Shown one piece after another: positions 30,079 through 46,570 of a DNA stretch of 64,000 nucleotides; the first letter of the stretch is position 1, and every line of letters begins with the position of its first letter. The stretch covers positions 39,732-103,731 of the forward strand of contig CAVTXG010000014.1 in NCBI GenBank assembly GCA_963738605.1, in the 5' to 3' direction. A program made the translations under genes and the position numbers. The notes beneath the pieces were generated by a model that was given only the letters and a program-made list of their open reading frames with translations, had not been told where the DNA came from and made no database searches. The DNA is from an uncultured beta proteobacterium. Its GTDB lineage: Bacteria > Pseudomonadota > Gammaproteobacteria > Burkholderiales > Burkholderiaceae_C.

Positions 30079-30784
30079 TCAGCCGACAAGCAGCGGCTCG
30101 CCAGCCTCGAACACCACCTCGACACGGATGCGCGACTTGACGGCGCCGTGATCGGCGAGCTCGCCGGGTCGGAAGCGCACGTTCATGAACGCATTCCGCG
30201 CTGCTTCCTCGAACGCCGGCGGCAGCGTGTTGCCTTCGCAACGCACACGCACCACCGCGCCGGTCTCGTCGATGAACAGGGTCAACTCGCCCGCATGGCG
30301 CTCGCCGGAGTCGGTCAGGTCGGGAAGGCGATGAGCACCGGGCCAGCGGTGCCGGCGCCGCCGTCAGCAGCGAGCGCGTAAGGTAGTCGTCATCGCTGGC
30401 GGCGCCTTGCAGCACGAAGCCGAGCTGCGGCATCGCGGCACGGTGCCGCTGGCGGGGTCGGCGGCTGCGCGGCGTCGCGAGTCGTTCGCTGCGTGGCTCG
30501 CGCGGCAAGGTGCTGGCGACGGCGTGGTCATCGGCGCTCGCGCTGGCGACGATCGACGCCTGATCGGCCGCGGCGCGGCAGCCTGGACTGCTGCGGGCGA
30601 GGCCTGGAGCGGCGGGCGCCAGCTCGATCATGCGCACCTGCAGCGCGTGCGACCGCGCGCGGCCAGCACCGCCGCTGCGGCCGCACCGGCAGCGCCAGCA
30701 ACACGCGCGTGCGCGGCCGACGTCAGCGCGATGCACGGGCTCGAGCCGGTGGAACGGCCGACCGCTGCGAGGTCGACCGGCCAT
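30079..30784 (-). pseudogene. TonB C-terminal-domain protein, frameshifted upstream part
   Basis: ORF 30079..30285 gives LFIDETGAVVRVRCEGNTLPPAFEEAARNAFMNVRFRPGELADHGAVKSRIRVEVVFEAG, which follows the TonB_C pattern. The Ala/Pro-rich upstream part reads only by switching frames. ATG 30784 lies 5 nt after the pilY1 stop. Confidence 0.55.
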
Positions 30785-30789
30785 GCCGA

Positions 30790-33700
30790 TCAGTCGATCA
30801 GTTCGCGCCACGAGGTGCGGCGGCCCTGCCCGCCGGCGGCGTCGGGCGGCACGACTGCGGATCCGCGCTCCGTCCGATCGCCATCGACGATGCGTGACGA
30901 TGTCGCCGGTGCTCTGCCGCGCCGCCATCCGCTCGGCGAGTACAGCTGTCATGAGCCGACACCGACGGCAAACGAGTTGCCCAACCACACACCGGCGTCG
31001 CCGCTGGCACGGCGGGCTCGACCCGGTGCGTGAGTCGAACTGATACAGGTATGACGTGCCGCCGGCCGTGCAGGCGTCGTTGGCGGCGCGTTGGTGGCGA
31101 CGGGCAGGGTGGTCAGAGCAGACTGCATGTCGATGTTGACGCGCTCGCCCGGCGCCAGGAAATCGACTCGCCAGCCGTTCTTGGTGGCCCAGTCCACCGG
31201 CGTTGTTGGTGACGTGCGCGACGGGTCGTGGCCGCTTCTCGGTCAGCGTCTGCGCACCATGCCGGACTGCGCGTGCACGTCGCCCAACGGCGTGTTGGTC
31301 AGCGGATCCTTGATCGCATAGATCGTCTGCTGGTCGCGTGTTGCTCAGGTCGCGCAGGCCCAGCGTCTTGCCGGTGGCGACATAGACCACCGGATACGTG
31401 GCTGCCGCCCTGGTTGACGCTGGCCAGCTCAGGGCGCGTCGTGATCGGCTGCGGCACGGCGGGCGAGCCGGCGCGCAACTGGGCCAGGCGCAGCGCCGCG
31501 TTGTTCGGCGCGACCACGCCGTCGATGTCGAAGCGCCAGAGGTTGCCCAGCAGGTCGCCGCCATAGACAGCGCCGCGCCGTGTTGTTGAGCGGCGAGTCG
31601 ACCCAGTCGTTGATCTTGGCCAGCCCGCTCGGCGTCGTCAGTGCTGCCCGCCGCGTCGCGCCGCTGGTGAAGGTCGCGACTTCGCTCAGGCGCTGCCAGT
31701 GTTCGCATCGACGACGAACAGGCGGCCGTTGCCGTCGCCCGGCGACACGTTGTTGTAGCCCGAGGTGAAGACCACGACCCAGGTGCCGTTGGCGCGCTTG
31801 GTGATCACCGGGTTGCCAAAGGTCAGGCCGAGGTTGTCGTTGCCGCCCAGGCTGTCGTTGCTGAACTCCCACAGCACCTCGGGGTTGTCCGGGTTGGTGA
31901 TGTCCAGCGCGTAGTAGCCGCGGCCACCAGCACCGAGACCGCCCACCAGGATCGTCTTCCAGCCCGGCGACGCCGGGCACGTAAATGTCGCCGACCACCG
32001 GCGCGCGTTGACGAAGTACTCATGCTTGGTCGCGTAGTCGGCATCGGCCAGGCGGTACATGCGGTCCATCACCATCGACGGCACGTAGGCCCACAGCTCC
32101 TGGCCCGTTGCTGCCGTCGAAGGCGTGCAGCATGCCGCCGTTGGACGGTGCGTAGACGACGCCCTTGCGGCCGGCACCGCTGTTGCTGGCGTTACGAGAC
32201 GAAGCTCTGGTAGTCGTTCTCGGTGTAGCGGAACGGCGGCTTGCGGACATACACCGGCGCACCACCGACGATGTCGCCGAGAGCACGTGCTGGCGCGCAC
32301 GGTAAACTGGCGTCGGCCTGGCCGCGCAGCTAGCGTGACCATGTTGCCGCCGCTGTTGCGCGCGGTCGACGTCGAAGCCGGCGTCGCGCGCATTGCGTCA
32401 GCGCCGGCGACTTGGAGCAGGCTTCGTCGAAATGGCCGTTCAGGCCGTCGGCCTGCAGGTTGGCATAGGTGAACTGGCGCAGCGTGCCGGTGTTGGCGCC
32501 GGCCTTGCGCGCATGTAGAAGATGTTGCGGGCGCGTGCCGGCGGCGACCCGTGCATCGAGCAGTTGCTGCGCCGACCAATCCGATGTCGCCGGCACGCGC
32601 GCCGTCGGTCGGATCGACCTGGTAGGCCACGACGTCGCCTATCCAGCGACCGTGGTGTAGCTGGTGACGTACTCGGTGCTGTCGCCGGCGACTGGCTGCA
32701 GCGAGCTCGTCGCGGCAGCCGAGGCCGTGCCCGAACGCGGCGTCGATCGCCGCCAGCGTGTCGGTCAGGCTGCGCGCCAGCACCGTCGGGATCGCCCGCA
32801 CTGAAGTACTGGCCGCGGCCGTTGACGGCGGCGTGCCAGAGGTCATCGATGTTGACGGCGCCGCCGTCGGCCGGCATTGGGCCAATTCTTGGTTCCGGCG
32901 ATGAGCGCCTGGTAGTCGGCCGACGCGCCGCCCAGGTAGTTGGGGTGATAGCCCAGCGTGCCGTTTACGCCCAGGCCCAGCGTAAAGGTTGTCATGTGCT
33001 GGTGCGTGGCGTTGTCGGCTCCGCGCGGAGGGCACGTTGTTGTTGCAGACGTTGGTGCCGTTGCTCAGCGTGCAGTTGCCCAGCGCCGTGTGCGCAGGTC
33101 GGTCTCGTAGTAGTACATCGCCACGTCGGCCAGCGAGTCGCTGCTGCCGCCGGCGGTGGTGCGCGCGCTCTCCACGGCCGGGCCGGTGGCCGCAGCCGCG
33201 TCGGTGCCGGCGATGACGGCGTGTAGCCCGAATAGCCGCTCCAGGCGCTCGCTGGGCCGGTCGATGGTCGTCACCGCGCTGTTGGGCGGCTGTGTCGCGA
33301 CGGTCGCGCAGCAGCCCAGGTTGGTCCAGCGCTGTCGTCGCGGCTAGTTGCCCGGGTGCCGGCGACAAAGCCACTGGTGGTCGTGGTCTTCTCGGCGGCG
33401 TAGGGACCGTCGATCACGTTCTGCTGCACCGCCGCGCCAGCCGAACCGCCGGTATAGGTGACGACGGAGTTGTAGCTGTGCGTGTTCGCGTAGTACGGAG
33501 GTCTCGGTGTTCGTGCCATTGCGGTTGCGCGGGACAGTGCGGTACTGCAATCCGCCGGCTGCCACCGCTGCAACTGATGCGTTTGGTACTCGGTGTAGCG
33601 TCAACGGTCGTGCGCGTCTGCGTGCGCGTGCGCTGCGTGTGCAGCAGCTGCTGCATCGGCGTGGTCACCGTGTAGGTCTCGACGCCGCCGTCGCGCAAGG

Positions 33701-34690
33701 GCCGCGGCGCGCTGCCGTCCTGCTGGCCGACGCTGCTGCCGTCCAGGCTGTACGGCCCGTAGGCCGACGTTTCGTTGTTGTTGTTCCAGTAGCCGTCGGT
33801 CGTCAGCATCGCGAAGTTCTTCTGGCAGGAGAACTGCACCGGGTCGTAGGTCTGCGAGCCGCCGCTGCTGAGCGTGCCGCGCTTGGCGAAGTACTTGCCG
33901 GCCTTCGACACCGCACCGCGCAGCGGTGTCTACCCGCTTGGGTTCGGCGCTGAACAGCCGCGAGTACCACGTCGCCTTTTGCGTCGCGTCGAAGTCGGCC
34001 GCGTCGAGGAACTTGTTGCCGTCGACCATGGTCGAGCTGATCGTGAGAAACCGACGCGGTACTTGTCGTCGATGCCCTTGAACGCCTGGCTGGCTGCCGA
34101 GCGCATGGTCAGCATGCGGGTGCGGTAGTAGGTGTACCAGTTGCGGTAGTTCTGGTGATGTTCGCCGACGTGACAGTCACCTTGGTAAAACGGCCGTTGC
34201 CCGGCGACTCGCCGACGCTGCTGTCGCACTCCCGGTAGAAGGTGGTCGTGTCGACACCGCTGCCGTGTGTAGGCGTAGCCAAGTGCCGGCTGGCTGCCGC
34301 TGTAGGTGAAGTAGTAGGGGTACCTGCGTGGAGCCGTCGGTGATGGGAAGTAAGGCGCCCGCGGCCATGTCGGCGCCGGTGGAGTCACCGGAACCGTGTA
34401 GGTGATCGACGGGTTGTAGGCCAGGCCGTTGCACTGCGCCGCGAAGCGACCGTACTTGCCCGCTGGCGAAGTCGGCATCGTCCGGCATGTAGTCCTGCGC
34501 CATGCTCCCCGAGTCGTCGAGGATGAACATGATGTTCGGCTTGACCGCATTCGGCGCCGCGGTGACCAGCGGCGTCGACGGCCATGTCGGTCGCGGCGCC
34601 GAACGGCTGGCCGGCCGCGCCCAGCAGCGCGCACAGCGCGGCAGCCAAGCGGCCAAGGGTCGCTGTCGTTTCGATCGTTGAGTTCTTCAT
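30790..34690 (-). pseudogene. pilY1: type IV pilus tip adhesin/biogenesis factor PilY1 (N-terminal vWA-like plus C-terminal beta-propeller), heavily frameshifted
   Basis: Start MKNSTIETTATLGRLAAALCALLGA at 34690 with a GGGAGGAAG RBS. A MIDAS-like NIMFILDDSGSM follows. PilY1 hallmarks are spread over all three frames: TILVGGLGAGGRGYYALDITNP, TWVVVFTSGYNN, YGGDLLGNLWRFDI, GWRVDFLAPGERVNID. The protein ends ...RTSWRELID with a stop at 30790. I count at least ~15 frame switches. Confidence 0.8.
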
Positions 34691-34713
34691 GCTTCCTCCC
34701 AACCCTGTTGTCA

Positions 34714-35393
34714 TCAATGAACGATCGTCTCGGTGAAGCTGACGGTGTTGCGACCGCCCACGGTGCGGACGATGATTCGGTAGTAAGGCGCGGCTGCGCC
34801 AGCGGCGTCGGCCTGCCGCATCGTCGCCGTAGCAGCTGGCCGCCCTTGTCCGCCGGTGCTGTCGGCCGCGCAGCGCCGCCGGTTGCGCGCAGGCGTTGGT
34901 CGTGTCGCTGACGGCGCCGCGTGTTCGGGCACAGCCGCGTGATCAAGTAGCGCGCGCGCACGTGCCGCCGTTGAGCGTGATCTCGTTGGACGGTGCCAGG
35001 CATGCACGCGGCATGTCCCGCCGCACGCAGGCGCAGCTGTCGGCATCGCCCCAGTTGACGACGGCCATGCGGTTGGCCGAGTGGTCAGTCGGCCGGTCGG
35101 GTCGAGGTTGTCTGTGCACCTGCGCGTAGTAGCCGGTGCCTGCGGCGCCGTCGGCGGTCAGGTCCTGCCGCTGCCGGTCAGCCACGCCGCGCCAACTCAG
35201 CGGCGCGGTCGGCGGCGCGCGTCGTGTCCTGCTTGAAGCCGAGGTTGCCGATGACCAGCGAGCCTCCGTCGACCGAGCGCACCAGGGCCACCGCAGCCAG
35301 CGACATCGCGGCCAGCGCGAGCAGCGCGAACAGCACGAAACGCCGCGTTGCACAGCGCGCCGCGCCACGACCAGAACGATGGATGCGCTTCAT
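34714..35393 (-). pseudogene. pilX: minor pilin PilX, frameshifted
   Basis: ORF 35178..35393 (MKRIHRSG...FVLFALLALAAMSLAAVALVRSVDGGSLVIGNLGFKQDTTRAADRAAE) matches the PilX N-terminal pattern. QRGV lies in another frame. The C-terminal YYRIIVRTVGGRNTVSFTETIVH is in ORF 34714..35046. Confidence 0.7.
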
Positions 35394-35394
35394 G

Positions 35395-36529
35395 TCAGGC
35401 GCTCCTCCACAGCATGTTGCGCAGCGGAATCACGGTCTCGAACACCTTGTAGCGGTAGTGCTTGGCCGGCACGTCGCCGGCCGCGCCGGCGCCGACATCG
35501 AGTTCGATGCACGAGCCGCTGCCGACGGGCAGGTCGCGGCGCCGCGTGACCGCCGGCGATGCGCCGACGGACCAGCGCGGATTGGCCGCGGTGACGATTT
35601 CCTTCTCGTAGGTCGAGCTGCGCGCCACCGCGATGACGCGCACCGACAACACCCTCTGCCACCCGGCGTTGGTGGCCGGCGTGGTGGTGTCGAAGATATC
35701 GACGATGCCGTCGGTGCCGGTGCCGCCGAGGTGTCGCGGCCGTAGAAGGCCCGCAGCTGCACGATGTCGGGCTGCAGGTCGCGCGTCACGGGCGGTCGTT
35801 CGGCGTGGCGACGTTGAAGCTCGATGACCTGCAGCGTCGCGTTGTTGATCTCGTAGCGGTTGTCCACCAGCGTGCCGAGATTGATCATCACGCGCGCCGT
35901 CGTTGTAGGCCCGGGCGGCTTGCCGGCGGCGTTCCAGGTGGCGCTGTCGTTGCGCGGCAGCGCTCGTGGCCGTCGGCGCGCCGTTGACCTGGAACACCCA
36001 GCAGGGCTGGATGTCGTCGGTCGCCGACCAGCGCCAGGTCGCCCTGCGAGAAGCCGATGGTCGAGCGCACATTGGAAGGTCGTGCCGCGCTGCGTAGCCC
36101 GGCGGCGATCACGCGCGTCGGCACGGCACACGACGTCGGTCGAGCTGGCCAGGATGCGGATCGAGTCGCCGACGCTGCCGGCGGGCGCGAAGCCTGCGGC
36201 GTGATGACTACCGGCGCCAGACGCGCCGGAAAGCCGGTCGGCGCGGCGCCGTTGAACGCGCGCTGATCGGGCAGCCGATGATGTTCGGGCTGCTGGCGAT
36301 GCCGTAGCCGGCGTGTCTCGATGTCGCGCTGCAGCGCGTACAGCGCCAGCGCGCCGTTGACCTGGGCATCGGCGCCGCCGGTGGCGGTGCGCTTCTGGCT
36401 TTCGGACGTCAGCAGCACCTGGCTGATGACGAGCATGGCCAGCATGCCGACCAGCATGCCGATCATCAATTCGATCAGGGTGACGCCGCGCTGCGCGGCT
36501 CGGCTGCGGCGCTGTTGAGTGAAATGCAT
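35395..36529 (-). pseudogene. pilW: minor pilin PilW, frameshifted
   Basis: ORF 35888..36529 starts MHFTQQRRSRAAQRGVTLIELMIGMLVGMLAML, a prepilin G|VTLIE motif. Later PilW-like pieces (GDSIRILASSTDVV, VMINLGTLVDNRYEINNATLQVIELQ, DLQPDIVQLRAFYGRDTS, ...KHYRYKVFETVIPLRNMLW) lie in other frames. Confidence 0.75.
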
Positions 36530-36543
36530 GGTGCTTCATGGCG

Positions 36544-37002
36544 TCAGCGGTTGGCGGCGACGGCCGAGGTCGTGATGAAGCGTGCGCTGCTCCTCGTTGG
36601 GCGGCGTCCAGTTGATGGTGATGGTCACTTCGGCGGCGATCACGACTGCCCGGCACCGATCGACGTCGCGCAGCGTGTCACGGCGACTGTTGCGTCGCCG
36701 TCGGGCAGCGGCTGGCGACTTCGGCAACCCACTGGCTGCAGCGGCGTGTGCGACGCGCAGCCGCGCGGTCGTGTCGTAGTTGTTCAGGCCGCTGCGGTCG
36801 GACCACATGCTGCCGATCAGGCGCTGCGCGAGGAAGGCCGCGTCGGCGCGGAACTTCGAGCCGGTCTGCGCCTTGGTCATCGAGGCCTGAAGGCCGACGA
36901 TGCCGAGCACGCCGATCGAGAAGATCAGCAGCGCAACCAGCGCTTCCAGCAGCATGAAGCCGCGCTGCGGGCGCGGCGAGCGGCGTTGAGCTGTGTTTTC
37001 AT
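36544..37002 (-). pseudogene. pilV: minor pilin PilV, frameshifted near both ends
   Basis: The ATG 37002 frame (MKTQLNAARR) differs from the frame carrying PQRGFMLLEALVALLIFSIGVLGIVGLQ. The likely true end ...FITTSAVAANR* (stop at 36544) is again in another frame. Confidence 0.7.
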
Positions 37003-37661
37003 GGGATGCTGACGCGTAGTGCAGTTGCGGGGATCGGTGGCGTCGGTCACGGCCATGTCGCACAGGCGTGCGCCGCCGCCGGCGCTGATCTCGATGCGCA
37101 AGCGCGCGGTAGTCGTTGCCCGAGCGTGTTGTTGTTGACGTCGATGACGCGCACCGGCGTCGCGTCGGCGACGCGGCCGAAGCCGTTGAACGTGACGGTG
37201 CCGCCGGCAGCGCTGCCGTCGTCGAGGCGGCGCCGCGACGACGACGTTGCGGCCGCCGACGCCGCCGGCGTTCGTCTCGACGATCAGCGGGTTGGTGGCA
37301 TCGGCTGCGTCGGCGTGGGGTCGGTGCTGGGCGCGTAGCTGCAGTGCCCTGCCGGGTCACGCACGCTGACGACCCACGACACGCCGGCGCGGGACACCGC
37401 GCAGGTGTCGTTCATCACCGCCGAGTCGGTCAGCGAGACCAGCGAGAAGCGAACCGGCGTGTTGCGGCGGATGGCTTCGTTGCGGGCCTGCGCCAGGCCG
37501 GCCAGCATCGATGAGGCGGCGTTGCGCACCTGCGTGTTGCGCATCCAAGCGCTCATGCTGGGCGTGACCGCCATGATCAGCAGGCCGAGGATGATCAGCA
37601 CGACCGCGAGCTCGATCAGCGTCAGGCCGCGCACGCGCCGCTTGGAGGCGTTGCTCAGCAT
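36999..37661 (-). pseudogene. fimT: GspH/FimT-type minor pilin, frameshifted
   Basis: ATG 37661 overlaps the pilE-like stop (ATGCTGA). Sequence: [67 protein letters not shown]. The C-terminal half ([15 protein letters not shown]..., TVTFNGFGRVADATPVRVIDVNNN, RIEISAGGGARLCD) needs frame switches. The probable stop overlaps the pilV ATG. Confidence 0.7.
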
Positions 37662-38144
37662 TCGCCGCCTTTCGTGAGCCAGCAGCCTTCGGTGACCGCG
37701 CTGCCCTTGAACTCGGTCGTCGCGCGCACGTTGGCGTGCGTGACCGTGTAGGTGTGGCCTATGGCACGGCCGCCGCTGCCGGTGGCCGTGATCGTGTAGC
37801 CCTGGCCGCCGTTGGTACGCGTGCAAGTGAAGGTGAAGTATTGCGAACCGCGCCGTACGCCAGCGTGCGGCGTGGCCGTCCGCCCAGCTCGGCGGGCCGA
37901 CGTCAGCGCAGTTGCCGCCGTTGGTGCCGTAGTTGCGGTTGTCCTGGTAGTACTGCTCCATCTTCACCCGCAGGTCCGACATGCCGGCGAAAGCTTCGGG
38001 CAGCTGGCCGCGGCGCACATAGTCGCCGTAGGCTGGCAGCGCCACCGCGGCGAGGATGGAGACGATGGCCACGATGATCATCAGTTCGATCAGCGTGAAG
38101 CCGCGCTGCGTGGCGTGGCTCGGCCAAGGTTGCCGTCGATTCAT
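37655..38144 (-). pseudogene. pilE: PilE-like type IV (minor) pilin, one frameshift
   Basis: ORF 37284..38144 starts [51 protein letters not shown]. The C-terminus [62 protein letters not shown] reads in another frame from about 37860. Confidence 0.8.
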
Positions 38145-38353
38145 GCAGATGCTCCCAACGAGTGCTCTTCGTGTGGCGCGCCCGTGGCACAGGGCTGGGC
38201 GCGTCGATGGAGAGGATCGTCAGGGAGATGCCCGCAACCACCGTGCGAACGAATGCACGGCGCCGTTCGATGCCGATGGGCGGATCAGGCGAAGCGACGA
38301 GCGGACGCTCGTCAAGACGCGCCGGGCGCACGCCCGACGCGGCTCGTGAAAAA

Positions 38354-39830
<1,477 letters not shown>

Positions 39831-39847
39831 GATGCTTGCTGCTGCGC

Positions 39848-44566
<4,719 letters not shown>

Positions 44567-44649
44567 CGCGGCGCTCCACGGCAGGAATGCAGGGAGCGCG
44601 AGATTAACTGCACCGCAGCCAGTGCGCCATGCTAAAAAACGGGGTCAGA

Positions 44650-44661
44650 GTCAATATTGAC
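44650..44661. promoter_or_regulatory. perfect 12-bp palindrome GTCAATATTGAC in the gltB upstream region
   Basis: Seen directly in the sequence. It lies 84 nt upstream of the gltB ATG, in the 117-bp gap after the RayT-like gene. Function is unknown; it may be a dimeric regulator site. Confidence 0.3.
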
Positions 44662-44683
44662 TTCGACCCATCGGTCGGCTGCA

Positions 44684-45397
44684 CTATATGGGGACAGTCT
44701 TCACTTTGTTGGTGCGGCGCGGTCGACCGCGAGGGCGAGGTTGGACAGATCGGTCGAGGGCTTCGGCCACCCGCGAGCTGAACACCGACGGCCCGAGCAC
44801 CATCGCCCGCTGTGTTGCTTCGGTAAATCTGGCGTCGGGTATCCGCTGCTGCGCCTCGTTAATCGCGACAGTGTGCGCGTGCTCACGATCGAACGGCGTG
44901 TTGCCGAGCTGCCAGTAGCGCTGGTGGTCGGTGACGAGCGGGTCACGCCGCCGCCCAACGTGGTGCGCGGCGCTCGACCATGGCCAATCGGCAGCAGCAA
45001 CGGCCAGCCCGACCGTCACCGGCAAGGTCTCGACGTAGACCATCGCGTCCAGCAACAGCGTTTCGGCATCGACCACGCCACTTCTGAAGCGCCCATCCCA
45101 AAGCGTGCCGCGACGCGCATGGCGGCGGTTGTACGCGGCAACGTAGCGCCTTCCGATCGACTGCACCATGCGCCCCAGCGCATCGGCCTGCGCGGGCGTC
45201 ACCAGCAGGTGCACCTCGTTGGCCAGCAGCGAGTAGGCGTGAACGGCGATGTCGTCGTTGCGCTCGACCGTCTCGCGCAGCAGGCCGACGAACCTTGCGC
45301 GGTCGGTATCGTCCGCGAACACCGGCTGGTCGTTGTGGCCGCGCAGCAGGACCAGGTGCAGTTCGCCGGCCATCGCCAGGCGCGGTTGGCGTGCCAT
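44684..45397 (-). CDS. IS200/Y1-transposase-like protein (COG1943 / RayT-like), single gene without visible IS ends
   Basis: ORF 44684..45415; Met7 at 45397 is the likely start. Family-typical segments: VHAYSLLANEVHLLVTP and RRYVAAYNRRHARRGTLWDGRFRS. The usual H-x-H position reads E-V-H. Confidence 0.75.
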   Translation of the reverse strand: MARQPRLAMAGELHLVLLRGHNDQPVFADDTDRARFVGLLRETVERNDDIAVHAYSLLANEVHLLVTPAQADALGRMVQSIGRRYVAAYNRRHARRGTLWDGRFRSGVVDAETLLLDAMVYVETLPVTVGLAVAAADWPWSSAAHHVGRRRDPLVTDHQRYWQLGNTPFDREHAHTVAINEAQQRIPDARFTEATQRAMVLGPSVFSSRVAEALDRSVQPRPRGRPRRTNKVKTVPI

Positions 45398-45398
45398 C

Positions 45399-46559
45399 TC
45401 AAACGTGCCCGTCATCGAAGGCGGCGCGGCCGGTCAGGCGAAGGTGCTCGCGCGCAGCGAAGCGGTCCGTCATGCCGGCGATGTAGTCGGCCACGGCGCG
45501 CGGCCCCGTTTGTTCGAACGCGAGGCGGTGCTCTTCGGGCAGCTGCGAAGGCGCATCGGCGTAGGCAGCGAACAGCACGCCGATCACTTCGCGCGCGCGG
45601 TCGGTGGTTCGCATGACTTGCGGATGGCGGTACAGCGCGGCGTAGAGGAAGCGCTTGAGCGCCGTCGCCTGCTCGCGCAGCGTCGGCGAGAACTGCACGA
45701 GCTGAGGCAGACGCTGCGCTGCGCGCGCGTCGGCGGGTGCATGGGCCTCGAGCGCGGCCGACGTGGCCGCGATCACGTCGCCGACTTGCGCCGAAATCAG
45801 GCGGCGCAGCGTCTCGGCAAGCAGGCGCCTCTCGGGCACATCGCGCAACCCAGGATGCTCCTGCAGCGCCGCGCGCCGATGCTCGGCGAACAGCGCCACG
45901 TCGTCGAGCTGCTCCATGCGCAGCAAGCCCGAGCGCAGGCCGTCGTCGATGTCGTGGGCGTTGTAGGCCATCTCGTCGGCGACGTTGGTCAACTGCGCTT
46001 CGAGGCTGGGCCGCTCGCCGACGACGATGCGTTGCGCCGGGCCGTCGGGCTCCGCGGCCGTCATCGCCTTGGCCGTCGCCAACGAGCAGCGCTTCAAGAT
46101 GCCTTCGCGCGTCTCCAGCGTGAGGTTCAGGCCGTCAAAGCGCGGGTAGCGCTGCTCGAGAACGTCGACGACGCGCAGGCTCTGCAGGTTGTGCTCGAAG
46201 CCGCCGTGCGCGCGCATGCATTCGTCGAGCGCGTCCTGGCCGGCGTGGCCGAAAGGCGTGTGGCCGAGGTCGTGCGCCAGGGCGATGGCCTCGACCAGGT
46301 CTTCGTGCAGGCGCAGCGCGCGCGCGATCGAGCGGCCGAGCTGTGCAACTTCGATCGAATGCGTCAGGCGCGTGCGGTAGAGATCACCCTCGTGGTTGAC
46401 GAAGACCTGCGTCTTGTAGACGAGACGCCGGAACGCGGTGCAGTGGACGATGCGATCTCGGTCGCGCTGGTAGTCGTTGCGCGGCGGTGCGCTCGGCTCG
46501 GCGATGCGGCGGCCGCGCGAGCGCGCCGGGTCGCAGGCGTAGGGCGCGAGCGCCGTCAT
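45399..46559 (-). CDS. dgt: dGTPase-like HD-domain triphosphohydrolase
   Basis: Lower part of ORF 45399..47060. Start MTALAPYACDP at 46559, 386 aa by my count. HD motif: THSIEVAQ...AHDLGHTPFGH. Confidence 0.9.
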   Translation of the reverse strand: MTALAPYACDPARSRGRRIAEPSAPPRNDYQRDRDRIVHCTAFRRLVYKTQVFVNHEGDLYRTRLTHSIEVAQLGRSIARALRLHEDLVEAIALAHDLGHTPFGHAGQDALDECMRAHGGFEHNLQSLRVVDVLEQRYPRFDGLNLTLETREGILKRCSLATAKAMTAAEPDGPAQRIVVGERPSLEAQLTNVADEMAYNAHDIDDGLRSGLLRMEQLDDVALFAEHRRAALQEHPGLRDVPERRLLAETLRRLISAQVGDVIAATSAALEAHAPADARAAQRLPQLVQFSPTLREQATALKRFLYAALYRHPQVMRTTDRAREVIGVLFAAYADAPSQLPEEHRLAFEQTGPRAVADYIAGMTDRFAAREHLRLTGRAAFDDGHV

Positions 46560-46570
46560 CGCGCGGGCCC

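Noticed and set aside
29150-31708. 852-aa ORF that looks like one giant protein.
   Set aside because: It is a chimera. Only the last 270 codons (MlaF) are real. The rest is read-through across the intergenic region, the TonB-like gene and an out-of-frame stretch of the pilY1 3' end. ORFs 336..2306, 8979..11135, 38511..42089 and 45399..47060 are similar fusions of neighbouring genes or off-frame stretches.
38185-38200. Sigma-54-like TGGCAC-N5-TGGGC upstream of the pilE-like gene.
   Set aside because: It is on the wrong strand for pilE, and the downstream element is off by one position and one base from TTGC.
44684-45415. An active IS200/IS605 insertion sequence.
   Set aside because: It is a single gene with no terminal hairpins or inverted repeats that I can see, the HUH position is atypical, and it sits at a locus I recall as conserved. 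I call it a RayT-like or domesticated gene instead.
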